From Guillardia theta CCMP2712 (taxonomy: Eukaryota; Protista; Cryptophyta), in NCBI RefSeq assembly GCF_000315625.1, contig NW_005434654.1:870523-934522 (forward strand): 64,000 nucleotides of DNA, written 5' to 3'. The notes below the pieces were generated by a model. It did not search any database. It was not told the DNA's origin and saw only the letters and a program-made list of their open reading frames with translations. The translations under genes and the position numbers were made by a program. Below are positions 38,475 through 50,099 of the stretch, in pieces (within the stretch, counting starts at the first letter, position 1; the number at the start of each line of letters is the position of its first letter).

Positions 38475-41315
38475 CTGCTCCACAAAGCCAATCAAACCCT
38501 AGTCAACAGGGCCATAAACACAGCTTTGACTTTACAGTACATGCAAATATACATGCTGTATAAAGCTGCGATTGTACTTGTTATGGGTAAATTGACGTGT
38601 TATGACATTCAAGATGTATATTCCCTTTCTTCGCAAAGCAATTATAGTAAACAAGCTAGAAATGTCGTTTGAAATAACATGTGCAGCATATCTAAGTGAT
38701 GTGACTTCATTCACTATCAAATATCAACAGATGCTGGAAGAAGCTAATCAAGGATATCTGCTGACGAAGTACAGTTCGTCCGAAGAAATACAAACTTCTT
38801 CTAACATAAAAATTCGCTTTGTACAAGTCAAGTTGAGATTCTGTAAATGTTCAACCTATGCGGACAATACAAGGAAGCAGCTTGTATTCGGACACTCATT
38901 TCCTATGCTGAACTGAGCGCACTAACTCAGGACAGAGTGCTAATCAGGGGTCATGATCAGTCCAGTTGCCAATTCTATCAAGGTCAGGTAGCAGGTGATC
39001 ATTTTGGACCGATATCACAACAATGCATCATGTAAGTAAGAGAATGATGGGAAGGAGGAAGCGCATTGTGAAACAGAGCATAGCAACAGCGGCTGAGAAA
39101 ATGCCATGGCAACGGGGAAGGCGGCGATGGCGGCAGAGAAGCAAAGAGGGGTGGGTACTCAATGTATCTGGGGTAGGTGGGGTTGTCGATCGTTGGTTAC
39201 ACCTAGAGAGAGGTAGGGTGAGCGATGGACCGGGGTAGTGGATGAGCCCAGGGGTATCATGAGGCGGGGTGTTATGAGGACAAGGGTACTCCAAGGTTTA
39301 GTGGGGTGGCGGGGTAACAATAGGATACGAGGGGGTGGCAGGAGCTTCGCCAGGACCGATAACCGCAGGGGTAGATGGGTGAGGGGTGTGATGGAGGGGG
39401 GATTTGTCAGGTAGGGGTGGTACAAGGTAATTCGTGACCTTGTTTTGGAATTTGGGTGGGTGGTCCATTTGCCGCAATGTGAAGGGAATGGAAGTAGGGG
39501 TACCTGCTGATGTCCGAGGGGTTGTCTTTGCTGTTAGAGTTAGGAAATCTATGGGTAGGTACTGGTCCTAAAACCTTTCTAGGAAGAAGGGGTAGGGGGT
39601 AAATTGAAACCCTTAGGGGTGGTAAAACATACAAAAGTTGGGGGTCGTAGAATGATCGGAGGGGATGTTTTAGGTCGAATTGAGTCGAAAAATCAACGAG
39701 AGGCAGGTATGGTGGAGACTATGACTATTTTATCTATTTCCTCACTTATAGAATATGAGAAGTCTGTATTGTCAAAGTTAAGTTCTCTTGTGAATGTCTT
39801 GACGTAGGGGTGGGGGGAAGACTGCAGGCTGGTGGGTGGGGGATGCAATTTGGTGGGGAGGGGTATGGATAAGAAGATCAGATGGGTTGGATACCACCAC
39901 AGGTACGGTAGCGAAATGATATTTGGACGGGTGGATAGCAGTAGGGATTGAGGGGTGGTGAGGACAGGCTGGGGTGAGCCAAGGGTAGTAGTCCAGTAGC
40001 CCAACAAGTGCCTGTGAGAGGTGGTAGCACGGCCCCGGGAACCAGCCTTTTAAAATCATTGTTTTTGAATTTGTACCAACATTTCATTTACAACAGTTGT
40101 AGCAACACAAGGGAACCCGACCAAACAAATACTTTTTAAACAAATATATCTGTACGTAGGATGTTACCTATATTACTACACAAATATATCATCATGATCA
40201 CCATTATTAATTTATTACGCTCCATATTTCCGAGTCCTCGGGGAGCGCCGCAGCCGGGCCCCGGTATGGTGCCGTTACGTCTTGTGTAACCGCGAGTGAT
40301 CAGTTTAAACGGTTTTTCGTTGCAAGAGAGGCGCGCCGGACCCCTTTGAAGGTAAGGCGTTGTTGAAACACCTACCCCTCCTGAGCAAGGGGTCTTTTGG
40401 GGGCGACCTTGGGGTAGTATTTGAATTCGACAAGAATGAGGGCGGGTAGGTCAACAGAGGCAGGGCCTATTATGGAGGGTGGGTACTCTGGTGAAGAACG
40501 GCTGTGTCTACTAGTAGGTAGGGGTACTTTCCGGTTCAACAGGCAGGTGATAAACAGTTTGTCAACGGTAGGGCACCGGTGGGGGCTGATGTGGGAATAG
40601 AATGGGGGGATGGGTAGGGTAGAGCAAAGGTATAGGGTAGGGGGTGCGTGATTTTCAATAAAGTTTGGGGCCAGAATCGCAGAGATTAGGGAAAAGGTGG
40701 GGTAAAGATTGGTATAAAGGGGGGTGGGGGTATCAGGAAGGGCCATTTGGTTCAGGAAAGAGGGGAAATCGACCGCGGGAAGGGCGGGAAGAGGAGGGAG
40801 ACAGGAACGATGCGGGGCGGAGAGGCAAGGGGGGTGACAAAGCTGAGGCTGTTCATTGGAACAGTGGAGAGAGGTGGGATGAGATGCAGGAAATTTCATG
40901 GAGAGCTGAGGCTTGTGTGAGAAGCAGAATGCCAGGCAACTGTGTGATTGTGTGGGCCAGCGATGCGAGGCGGCAAGAGAAGGCGTGTAGGATCACGTTG
41001 AAAGTATATTCCACATGATTTGCTCTTTTGTGCATGGTTGCATAAGTCAAAATATGGTTGGTGGATTGAGCTGCCGTAGACTGAGCATACAGAAGCTATA
41101 GGCATCAGCACAGTTATTCACATTACAAAGTAGTAAGTCAAACAAAATTCAAACTAGCGCTCTTATACAGTTTGAATTCTCACTGTCCCTGCTTCATCTA
41201 AACTGCGTTTCCATGCGTCAACATCAAATTTCACTTATTATAACCTTAGAGCAGCCAAAAAAAATCATGCTGTGGTGAAGCACTCTTTCAGCTTGATTGA
41301 GCTCTTGCCAGGATC

Positions 41316-42639
41316 ATGGGGGACTCGTCCAACGCAGCGCCAGGAATTTCAGGTGGCTCATCCTGGAATGCAGGTAAATCGTTATTCTTGAATGACGGTG
41401 ATCCAATGTGTGTTGTTGTTCAATCCTTACATTACCCGTTTCTACAACCGAATTTCATCCATAAGGTTGACTCCGTTGTCAGATGGTCCTGGAGGCAGCG
41501 GCGGTGGAAGTGCACAGCAGCGTGGTGTATATTGGAAACGAAATGACAGCATGCGACTTGTACACTTGCTCATCGATCCGGAGCTTAAGCCTGCCTTTAT
41601 CAGCATGGAATCGCAGTCCAATCCTCACCGCTCTTCAATGGAGTCGAATGTGCTGAGCTACAAACAGTGAGCTTCACTTTTTACGATAACTTGTTCAATT
41701 CTCACTTACCTTTTTTAGGTTTTGGGCAATGGCTGCACAGAAGTTTAACGACGAGGATTGGCAGCCTCCACACTTGTTTCCCAATGATCCACATCTTGCA
41801 AGGTGCAGGGCTTTTACGCCTTCGAAGAAAAGCAAGGAGGTCGATCCAAATTACTTGCGGGAAAAGTACAAGGCACTTCGTCGCCAGTTCAACAACAGCG
41901 TAAAGCGTTGGGAAGAAGGTGGACACAGCAAAATTGAGAACTTCTGGAAATGCTCTGGTATGGCTCCTGGAACCAGCGATGAGGGTTGCTGGTACATGTT
42001 TCTGGTCCTGTGGGTTGGAAAGCACGAGGACGTTCTTGCGGTTGTTCTGGACAAGCACATGGACCATTCTCCTCACCCTCAGTCTCTTGGAATGTTCTCG
42101 TCGGCAAAGTTTGATCTGAGGGAGAGGTCGGCAACAAATGCATGTTGTGACATCAGCGAAACTAATACTGCATACACAGGGTTGGCAAGCGGCAAAGATC
42201 CTTCGGCTTTTACGAAGATTTTCATGATTATGCTCCTGTATACAACCTTGCAAACTCTGGTACTGTGATAACTAGTGCAACAGGAGCTCCAGATGGAGAT
42301 GAAGATGGAATCTATTTTCAAACAGCAGGTAAGGCTACTGCTGTCGAATTCAATCTCTGATTCAGACATTGATTCCTCTTGTATCAATTTTCAGGCTGAG
42401 GCTCTCAAATTCATCAGCATGTGCTTCGCGAATTTGAACGAAGCGATGGAGGATGATCAACGTGCTTTCTGGCGAAATCAACTGGTAGCGAACATTTCTT
42501 TTTTTTTTCCAATTTGCCTGATCCCTTGTTTCAGTCCGTAGCTCAAGCACAGCTCAACACCATCCAAAACAAGCTTCCACAGCCTTCTCCACCCCCTCCT
42601 CCCAACGCTGGTGAAACCCAGGATTTGGTTGGTATCTAG
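41316..42639 (+). CDS. Multi-exon protein with a Myb/SANT-like (trihelix) DNA-binding-type region
   Basis: W....SMRLVHLLID...FWAMAAQKFND...YLREKYKALRRQF...W spacing is typical of MADF/Myb-SANT-like domains. Confidence 0.5.
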
Positions 42640-43739
42640 AAGGTGCCAAATTTAAACTGTACTTGCTCACCATTGCTACACCCGATTGATCTGGTGGCAA
42701 CTGAGATCACAGCGAGCTAGCTGTTCTAACTTGAAATATTAAATACTTTTTGATTTTTGCGCTTTATTACCCGCGCCCAGTCGGAGCAAAGTGCTGGGAT
42801 ATAACAAGCAAATACGCGGTTTCCTGACAGACAACCTCCATGTCCTCTGCATGTCCTTCCCGCCTGATCTCTCTGATTCTGTTGAGTTCCATCACCGGCA
42901 GGTGATCAAGGTCAGGTCAACCCATCAGCCTCCTGCTGTTCATTTCCTCCATCGGAGTACATTCAATGTTGCGACCGTCGGGTTCATTGTCTTGTATAAA
43001 AGTTTATTGTGCTGTCTTCAGAAATGCGAAAGGAAGAAGACTTTTATTGGAAATTTATAGTAAATGCGATCTCCTGCATAGAATTGTATTGAACTATATT
43101 GAATCTCATCAGTGTCAGCAATAGTGACACCCTAGGGGCGGAAGATACCTACTCAAAATGCAGTGCGGGAGGAAAGGTGTAGGGGCGAGAGGAGGACGAG
43201 TCGTAGGGGAAGAAAGAAGGAGAAGAAGTTCAACTGAGATGTGACAGCATGGAATGAAGTGTTGTTGTGAATGCGATGAAGGTGAAGCATGGACGTGATG
43301 CAGAGTAACTTGAACAGAAAGAAGGGGCAAAGAACGTATCTCCATTGGTGACACCCCTGATCCTGATTGTGAAAACGAACGAAGAATAGCATCAGCCACA
43401 AATTCTTGTCATGATCATGGAATTATGCTGGTATGTCATTGATAAGTGTGCATCAGATTACGAGAGGGATCAAACTTCGAAGCTAGGAGCCACAAGCTTT
43501 GCGAGTCATGTCTAGCTTTATGCTGAGATCGCGTCTTGTCAGCGCGATTTCTTCTTGTCACGGTGAGAGCTTGTGCTGGTGCCTGTTTAATTGAGTCGCT
43601 GTTAGATGTGTTTTCTCAAAGAATAGTTGCAAATAGAAGCCTCTGGTTTGTCCAAAATCGCTCTAAGTCGATAGCCTCAAGAAGTGAACTGTCGTTGACG
43701 GGTAGTTTCTCCTCCTATCCTTTGCACTGCATCTGATCG

Positions 43740-44730
43740 AGCTTGATATCTCAACAATTCAGGGTCTTTAGCTGCAAGGGAAACATCCAAACGATGGATG
43801 ACCACCATAGTAAAGACAGATGTTTCGCATGCCAACTCTTCTACTCTCAGCAAGAAGTCTCTATTGTACGTTCTTGCCTCGGTGAAATTCGAAGGTGAAC
43901 GGCGAACGATGATGGCTTAGATTTAATGCAATATCAGATCCAGACATGAATAGGATTGTTCTCCTATGCAAGCAGTGTCCGCTCACGAAAGAATACAACA
44001 TCCAGCTGCCTTCAGGTGAATATGGTCTATGAAGCCCACGTTCAAAAACATTCACACTGGCCCAAAGCCCTTGTCGACGACAAAGAGGACATCCTGAAGA
44101 AAAGCTATGAAGTAATGGAGAAGGCTGTAGGAATGAGTTCTCAAGCGTTCAGGTGATGTCCTTCAATTATCTCATCGGCAATCAACGTGTTTACAGACCT
44201 GGGTCACTTTCGACGACATTCAAGCATCCAGATGGGATTCAAAGTATTCGCTTGCAGACTGTAGATATCGACTTGACCCGCTGCAATGAGTAAGCCTTGC
44301 CCTCGCCCACATCACGCTACTGACTTCTCTCTTCCTCGCCCTCTCGTGAACCTCCGGTAGATGTTTATCAGACAGCGTCCTCGAGACCATAGTAGAGCTC
44401 TGTCATGTTTGATTTGATTTGTATGACCATTCTCAGGTCCTTGCGCCAGTCAAAAGCTTCCGGGACTCGCTTGCAGTCCTTGGCAGGGAAGGGAGAAACG
44501 TTGACGAGATCCTGCAAAGTAAGGCAATAGAAGCAACTCTTAAGTGAGTGTTGTTACAGGCATGGCATGGGGAATCGAAACTACCTTGTCAGATAAAAGG
44601 GGAACATCGGTGAGTCAATAGTTGCTGAAATTGCAACTTACCTTACATGCAGAACCTTTTCTTCGTGAAAGCTGTCGCAAATGTTTGGATGCTCCTAACA
44701 GTTTCTTATGCGACTATAATCATCTGTATG
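43740..44730 (+). CDS. Probable multi-exon hypothetical protein; boundaries poorly defined
   Basis: Short coding-like segments (e.g. KALVDDKEDILKKSYEVMEKAVG) separated by GT-AG signals. No recognised domain. Confidence 0.3.
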
Positions 44731-44911
44731 TGATGTTTGTCAAAGAGTGGTATCTGTTAAAGACGCAATGACAGGTCGAGGATTGGGAATCAACGTCAAC
44801 TTCCGATTGAATATTTTTTGATTCGATTGATTGTATTATAAGTTACAAATACATTGTAAGTGGGGTAATTTTTATCTCGTGTCAGTCAAGCTTTTGCACA
44901 CGCACTCATGT

Positions 44912-45436
44912 TCAGTTCTTTGGGCCCTTCTTCTTTCCCTTCTTTCCCTTTGCCTCTTCCTGGGGCTCAGCCGCAAGCTTTGATGAAGCCATCAGGGTCT
45001 CAAGCTCTGGAACTTCCTCCTGCTTCACTTCATGCGCGGGCTCGTTGTCGATGATTTCTTGAGCAGCAGCTGGAGCGGAGACGGTGAAATTTCCAGGGTA
45101 GAAGAAGGTTCCGCCATTGTAGTGGTAGACAAGACCATCCTTTGTCACCTCGATGGACATGGGCTTGTTGTTGTCAGTAGCCTTGGGAGCCTCCTTCTCT
45201 GGCTGCTTGGGTGCCTCCTCCTTCGGAGCCTTCTCAGCCTCCTTCTTGCCCTTGCCAGCCTTGGGCTTCTGCTCCTTGATTTCCTCCTTCTGCTCCTTGA
45301 CGTTAGTGACGTTGGCAAGAGCAGTCTTGGGAGCCTTGGTGGTCTTCTTTGCCACGATCTCCTTGACCTGCTCGACTTGCTCGACCTGCTCGGTCACAAC
45401 GTTGGCGCTCTTGCGGGCTCTGCTGGTTGCTGGCAT
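44912..45436 (-). CDS. Intronless Lys/Glu/Ala/Pro-rich 174-aa hypothetical protein
   Basis: ATG 45436. Strong AAG/GAG codon bias. Basic termini with a short central beta-like segment (IEVTKDGLVYHYNGGTFFYPG). Confidence 0.75.
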   Translation of the reverse strand: MPATSRARKSANVVTEQVEQVEQVKEIVAKKTTKAPKTALANVTNVKEQKEEIKEQKPKAGKGKKEAEKAPKEEAPKQPEKEAPKATDNNKPMSIEVTKDGLVYHYNGGTFFYPGNFTVSAPAAAQEIIDNEPAHEVKQEEVPELETLMASSKLAAEPQEEAKGKKGKKKGPKN

Positions 45437-45544
45437 CGTATCTTTCTTGGAGAAGTGACTTGTTTCACAAAGTGTGCGGACGAAGCTGGGAGAGCTTGTT
45501 GGACGCAACGGTGCTGCTCCTCCCTATAAAAAGAGCAGCGGGAA

Positions 45545-45546
<2 letters not shown>

Positions 45547-45575
<29 letters not shown>
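45547..45575. repeat. G29 homopolymer
   Basis: Seen directly in the sequence. Confidence 0.95.
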
Positions 45576-46249
45576 TGGAGTTGCCAGGGGAAAAGAGACC
45601 GTTGAGGCAAAGAATTTCAAAATCGAGAATGCCGTTTCTGTCCACTACCCCTGCCCTTCACAACCAAGGGATGGTTAATGGTATGGTGGGGTGGATTTCC
45701 AGTTGTGCGGCCAAGCGGCCAAGGCCCCCGGGGGCAGGTGGAGTGGTCCGGCGGTCTCAAAAAGCTCGAGACTCCAACATCCAGCGGAGGTAGAGCCTCT
45801 CACCTTTATCGTCCTTTGTTAACACCGCACTTAGGAAAAGCGATCCCTTTAACCCACGCGATGACGAGGCTCCATCGCATTTCATCGTTGGCAACTTGCC
45901 AAGTTGGCCTTGAAGTAACTAAAAAATAATACTCGGAGCCTCCGTCACCCAGCCTCTGGCCGGGCAGTAGCGCACCGGTTCCGAACTGGAAACGGTGACC
46001 GGCGGACATGTGGGCACGATCCGGGCCGGGCGGCGGGGCCGGTGACAAAAAGCAGCGCCGTGCCAGCCTATAAATGCAGTGGCAACTTGAAGATGGCGTA
46101 GGATTGGGCAGAAAAGATGAAACACTGAATGAGAAAGATGGACGAGATTGGAGGAGGAAGATTAGAGATGATTCACCTCTGATTATGCTCCTCATACCCT
46201 GATGGCTGCAGGTGGCTGAGTGTCCGAATCACTCTTTGGGCGGAACGAG

Positions 46250-47638
46250 ATGATGAATCCTTTTCTTCGCATGCTCCCAAGAATGATGGCAAGTTCCTCT
46301 CTTGGAAGCCAACCATTCAACTCAACAAGGAAATTCAGAATGCAATCAAGCTTTCAATGCTTGACATGTTGCTCGTGCAGAAGGAATGCCAAGCGTTTTG
46401 TATTAGGCTGCACCGCTGCGATGATAGGTATCGAGCATTGCAGTGTTAAAGTTATAGCTCACTCAACCTTCTCAGGAGCTGCTGGATTCCAATACAGTGT
46501 AAACAATCTAAAAGCGGCATGTGAGCAAAAGACAACGCCAAAAGCAGGTAAGATTTCCTCTTTCGAACCTTCCTCAATTTGGTGAATCGGCTACTTGAGC
46601 AAGCAAAACTTGCGATTTTTTGTGCACTATTGTCGCCGTCTGATTTCGAAATCGTCTAATTGTTGCATAGAAAATGAGCTTGTCGACATAAGCAATCTCC
46701 AAAAGTACAACAGGAACTGGGATGGGAGGTAGTCGATGTTTCAATATGAGATCGTTGTCTCACTCCCTGTAGGCATCCGAAGGAAGGGCAGCAGAAACCA
46801 AAGGCAATTCGATACATCATTCTTGTTCGGTAATGAAATCAAACACAACTATGACATCATTGTTGACATTCTTTGCAGTCATGGTCAATACAAGGACAAC
46901 GAATCGAAGGATATCAATGCAGTTTTGACATTGAAGGGCAGGCAGCAGGCTCGAATCCTAGCTCAGAAAATCATAGATACGTTCAAACCAACCTCACTTA
47001 CAGTGAGTGATATGACCAGAGCGAAACAAACCATGGAAATTCTGTTGGAGAAGCTGCCCAAGGATATTCCCTTGACAACGATGAAGGAGCTGAGAGAGGG
47101 TCGCCCCTGCCAGCCGATACCACCTTCCTCTTCTGGATTGTTCCAGAAGTCTACGGTAGGTTTTCTACAGCACAATGGCGAATGACTCGCTCTTGGGCTC
47201 AATGGGCATCTGCAGGTCGAGGCGGATGGAGCTCGAATTGACAAGGCCTTCAACCAAATCTTTTACAGGGCTCCGGTAGAACAGGTCCCTCGAGCACCTC
47301 GGCTGTTAGAGTTGCAAGGTTTGACGGGCTTCCAGGAGCACCATTCCTATGAGGTTGTTGTGTGCCATGCCAACGTCATTCGCTACTTTGTATGCAAAGC
47401 CCTTCAAATTCCAACTGAGGTGATCTTTGGACGTGTGGTGACACGAATGATTTGGAGTCAGGCATGGCTGCGGATGAGTCTGCCGCATTGTTCGATTACG
47501 GTAGAGGTGATGAACAACGTTACAATTACATGACGTGTGCTGCGGCAGATGATTGCCATTCATCCGTCTGGTTCAGTGTCGTTAAGAACCCTTGGAAACA
47601 CACATTACCTGCCACCTTCTCTGATTACTACCTCATGA
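46250..47638 (+). CDS. PGAM5: PGAM5-like histidine phosphatase; start approximate
   Basis: NWDGR, IILVR|HGQY, LTLKGRQQA, SDMTRAKQT, LREGRP, DGARIDKAF, EVVVCHANVIRYFVCKALQ and AWLRMSLPHCSIT. Confidence 0.9.
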
Positions 47639-47771
47639 GCTGGATTTGATTTCACATGATGATTGCAAGGGTTCTCAGCGAAGATGGGATGGCAGTGGAG
47701 CAAAACACTTGTGAACCTCACAGATCGTTTATAAATTTACAACCTTCAATAAATCGCTTGCAGTATTCACC

Positions 47772-48753
47772 TTAATAACCCTGAAAGCATTGTCAACGTA
47801 TCTATCAGACAAATGTATCACTCACAGTGTAGTAAGGCGTTTGGGTGTAGGTTGCCGGGGGAGCCATGCTCATCATCATGGGTTGGGCAGAGTACATCTG
47901 CTCATATCCGACCTGCTGCTCTGGGACAACATAGGAGACAGGAGCAGCAGAGGTGGTAACGTACTGCACGGGCTGCTGGTACACCGGCATGGGCATGGGA
48001 GCAGGAGCAGGCTGAACAATAGGAGGCTGGGGCTGAGTCTTGCCGGTGAAGAGCCACTTGCCATCGACGTACTCCCATCTGCAGTTTCGTAATTAGCTCA
48101 AACAATCAAACTTAGTACAACAATCTTTACCCCGGGGTGTTCTCAAGCTCGCTCTTCTGACCAGGCTTGGGGACTGGAGCATATCCAGCAAACTTGAAGC
48201 CAGGAGGAGCATTGAGCTCGGGATCATCGTTCTTCTTGCCTGCTGGCGCTGGCGCAGCCCGTGCAGGGGCCTGCTGGGGCTGGGGCTGGCCCATAGGCAT
48301 CATCTGCTGGGGCATCATCTGCTGGGGCTGGGGCATCGGCTGCATGTCATACTGCTGGGGCATGACATACTGCTGGGGCATGTATGCAGTTTGCTCCTGC
48401 GAACAGAACAATTCAGCTCAATGGTGAGATAAAAGGTTTGGAATGAACGATACATCCACTTTAAAAGAGCAGTAGATCGTGCAGAGAGACTGAACTCAAC
48501 GATTTCGAAACAAATTTCTGAGCGCAGGAAGAGGGAGGAAGGGAGAAGGGGGGGAAGCGGAGGGAGAGGCGGAGAGGGAGATTTGAAATATGCATATCAC
48601 GACAAGGAAGCAGAGAAAATCGTATTTCATCACAATTCTCACCGGGAAGGTAGGCATGCCCATAGGAACTTGCGACATGACAGGGTAAGGAGCTGGGGTT
48701 CCCGAGATGGGAAGGCCGGCAGGCGCGGCATAGGAAGCGTATGGGTAGCTCAT
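47772..48753 (-). CDS. Pro/Gln/Tyr/Met/Val-rich low-complexity protein, 4 exons
   Basis: MSYPYASYAAP.. |EQTAYMPQQYVMPQQ..NAPPGFKFAGY..|GWEYVDGKWLFTGK..PVYQQPVQYV..|GY*. Splice frames are consistent. Confidence 0.75.
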
Positions 48754-50099
48754 GGCGGCGCGGGAGGGGTTGCGGCGGCCAGACCCTGGGAGGATACTAG
48801 AAGAACCCCCAGTAGTACCTACCGTCACTACCGGTGAACTTCCCCTTTTACCCACCCTCTCCCCATACCGTGTTATCTGTACTTCCATCTGTACCTTCAA
48901 GTGAAATATATAATATTAGTCATGGAAGACAAGTAATATATTCAGATACCACCCCCTCTATGGGGTTAGACGAGTGCCGCCCCCTGAGAGACGCGTGGAG
49001 TCACGCCCAAGTCTCAGACCTACCCCACCTATTTCCAATTGGTCGCTCATTCCTACCACCCTTGTTGAATGTACCCTACCCCAGGGAAAGAGAAGCAATA
49101 ACGGAGGCGCATATTGTGTACCCCACTCAATATAGAGTGTTTTCAATTATAGATCCACTTAGTAAATGTACTGCCTTATCGCAAACAAAGCATTTTAGAT
49201 CTTAGAGAGTCTCTCTTATATACCCCTACCCCCAATTAGTAGCGTGTTTCGTTTTAGGCTATCACCCTACCCGTGTCCAAAGGGTAGAAATGCCTTGATC
49301 AGCCTCTCCACCCCCCACATGCAAAGAGAACGTTACAAGATGTGGTACATCGTCCCTCGTACCATGTTGTCAGTACCATATTTATTTGAAAGTTCACAAA
49401 ATTTGTATTGTAAAATTACATTTTCTTGGTATAATCGTCTTACCTGCCAAACTTCGTGGTAATCAAGCTTATAAGTTCTCAGATCAGCTCCGACCTTATG
49501 TACTGCAACGGTACTTTTTCTTCAACTTCTGGTACTGAATGTGATCAAGTTGGTACTGGATTTATTACCAGTGTTTCGTCATAAACCGGTAGTACTGCCC
49601 CTCATCCCTTTATGGGCAAGTCCTTTTTCACGCCCGGTAGATTGAATTAGTAGTTTTTTTCTCTAAATTTTGAAATTGGATGAGCTACATTTTCAGCCTG
49701 TTAGGGTCATTATGTTGTAACTGACTTACGTCTCGCTCAGAGTCACGGTCAGCATGATGTAGTCACTTCCCCGGGACTTCGGACTGCCGGGGCGTCGGCC
49801 CGTCCGATCGGATCATCGAGTCGTTTGGGACGGTTGAAAGGAGTTACAGGCTGACCGTTACACAAACCCATCAAAACCAGGCGGGCCTACTGTGGAATGA
49901 GGGCCAGCCCGGCCAACGTGGGATGCATATACATGATGGTGCTTACCACCAAGGTGTTGAGAGTGGATAGGTAGTCGAGACGTGTAAGCGAAACAACGAC
50001 AGGAACACCACAAGATGTTCATGTGAAGTGCGACAGAGCTTTCAAACAGAACCATACAGGTTCTATGGAATGGAGTGAAAGCTGCAGTCAGAGCCTACG

